In this document: piece by piece, positions 62,339-64,000 of the stretch | How positions within the stretch are numbered: position 1 is the stretch's first letter | Layout: the number at the start of each line of letters is the position of its first letter | NCBI RefSeq assembly: GCF_006345805.1 | Contig: NC_043005.1 | Span: 80,166,001-80,230,000 of the forward strand | Length of the DNA: 64,000 nucleotides | Reading direction: 5' to 3' | Origin: Octopus sinensis | Lineage: Eukaryota | Made by a program: the position numbers and the translations under genes | The notes under the pieces: model-generated | The model's input: only the letters and a program-made list of their open reading frames with translations | Told to the model about the DNA's origin: nothing | Databases searched by the model: none

Positions 62339-62530
62339 AAGGGAAAGTTTACGAAAATAAACAAAAGATGAAGGCAGGTGGAGTACAAACAAACAAATGT
62401 ATTAGTATAGCGCTCAGGAATAGAAAAAGTATTTTACGTTTCGAGCCTACGCTCTTCGACAGAAAGATACACAGAAAAAAAAACAAGGAGAGAAAAAATG
62501 CGTGTAGGAGCTAACGATCTATCATGGCAT
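62336..62530 (-). mobile_element. Penelope-like terminal fragment, third family
   Basis: GAAGAGCGTAGGCTCGAAACGTA and downstream TTCCTGAGCG shared with the 46265 family; abuts (TA)n. Confidence 0.62.
62432..62465 (-). ncRNA. Minimal hammerhead-like motif (core CUGUCGA)
   Basis: UUU-CUGUCGA-A-GAGC(GUAG)GCUC-GAAAC-GUA-AAA. Confidence 0.4.
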
Positions 62531-62539
62531 CCTGACTTT

Positions 62540-64000
62540 CATGAGTCACCAAACTACGTCCCGCGGGCCAGATCCGGCCCGACAAAGTATGCTGAAAAAA
62601 AAAGCTTGCTTTTATACTGTTCCTTGCACTTTTTAGATTACGTTTGTCGTATGTATACTGAGCCAGTCACGCGCTATGTATTTCACGTGCCACAGTAATT
62701 ATTACAGTATACCATGTCTGCCTCGGACTAGTCAGTTATTAGTGATTACAATTAAAATGAGTATCTGACGCCGAGGACTAAGACTGCTTTTGTTTTTTCT
62801 TCACCCATCGTTATGGCTACTAAGAAGAGAAAGGTTGATGATGAATGTCGCGTTTTCAACTAAGAATGGGGAGGAAAGTACTTCTTTTGGGAAACAAACG
62901 GCAGAAAGCTAGTTGCCTGATATGCAAAAAAAATGTTGCTGTTATGAAAGAGTACAATATTCGTTGTCACTACGGAGCAAAACATCTCTCAACACATTCT
63001 AAATATTCTGGACAGTTGCGGTCCGAGAAATTTGAATCTATGAAACGTAGTTTGGAATCTCAAAAGGAATTTCTTTACGAAACAGATTGTTGAAAATGAA
63101 TCTATCACTCGTGTAAGTTAGAAAATAGTGAATAAGTTAGCAGAGGGAGGAAAACCATTTACTGACGGAAACTTTATATAAGAGTGCATGATGGAAGCAG
63201 CAAATGACTTGTGTCCTGAAAAAGGTAACATATTTGGCTGTATCAGCCTTTCGGCATGTTCAGTTGAGCGGAGAATAGAACTTGGAGAGAATATACAGTT
63301 ACAGATACATGAGAAAGCTTGCACTGGATGAGTCTACTGATCGCCGTAGAACGTCACAACTTCTTGTGTTCATTTGTGGTATTAATTGCAATTTTGAGAT
63401 TATAGAAGAAATGGCATCCGTTTGCAGTAAACATGGAACAACAGTTGGAGAAGATATTTTCATAGAGGTGGAGAAAACTTTGCAAAACTATAACCTTCAG
63501 TGGAATCAGCTTCGGTGTGTTACAGTCGATGGAGGAAAATACATGGCAGGAGTGAGGAAGGGTTTTGTAGGGCAGATCCAGGCCAAGTGGGAGGAGCTTT
63601 AATTTCCGAAAGCTCTGTTTATACATCAACATTATACATCAACAAGGACACTATGGAAAATACTTAGATATTTCTTGCGTATTAAAATCGGTTACAACTG
63701 TGGTGAACTTTATTCGGAATCGTGGGCTTAATCATCGACAGTTCCAGGCTTTTCTTGAAGAAATGGATTCTAGTTTCTGTGACTTGCCTTACCATACAGA
63801 AGTGAGATGACTCAGTTGCGGTACAGTCCTGTTTCATTTTTATAAGCTCCGAAGAGAAATACATCTTTTTCTCACCGAAAAGAACAGAGCTGATCCACAG
63901 CTGTCAGATCCTGCATGGCTATCAAAGTTGTCATTTTTAGTTGACGTCTCGTCTCATACGAATGAATTAAATTTAAAACTGCAAAGAAAGACTAACCTTA
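62540..64000 (+). mobile_element. hAT-superfamily transposon (GTF2IRD2/SPIN/Charlie-like), running off the window
   Basis: Left end CATGAGTCACCAAACTACGTCCCGCGGGCCAGATCCGGCCC is typical of Charlie/SPIN termini. Confidence 0.88.
62813..64000 (+). pseudogene. hAT transposase pseudogene
   Basis: MATKKRKVDDECRVFN*EW; CLICKKNVAVMKEYNIRCHY (BED-like); KPFTDG; LALDESTD; VTVDGG..M.G; VVNFIRNRGLNHRQFQAFL; YHTEVR*; several stops and frameshifts. Confidence 0.92.

Noticed and set aside
61642-62388. 248-aa ORF as a host gene
   Set aside because: The N-terminus is a (TA)n translation read through into an R4-clade LINE fragment; the frame breaks before the end of the RLE region.

Overview
AT-rich animal genomic DNA, most likely a coleoid cephalopod (Octopus-type tRNA-derived SINE families; this is inference from recalled repeat families, not a database result). 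It reads as intronic or intergenic sequence. I cannot recognise any host protein-coding gene, rRNA, true tRNA or CRISPR array; almost all track ORFs are translated microsatellites or decayed transposon ORFs. Main contents: more than 40 SINE copies of several modular families; three R4/Dong-clade LINE fragments, each ending in (TAA)n; CR1, RTE and ORF1-only retroelement fragments; one full-length mariner with 37-bp TIRs nested in a SINE; three further mariner remnants and three mariner MITEs; a hAT (GTF2IRD2/SPIN-like) transposase pseudogene; three Helitron-type non-autonomous elements; four Penelope-like terminal fragments, each with a minimal hammerhead-ribozyme-like fold with a non-canonical core; and very many microsatellites. 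The most notable unexplained structures are the variant hammerheads, an inverted segmental duplication (about 20710-22440 vs 29650-30841) built on a SINE array, the TAA association of the R4-clade elements and mosaic Helitrons. SINE, LINE and remnant boundaries were read by eye and may be off by 10-30 bp; TIR, TSD and hammerhead coordinates were counted exactly.
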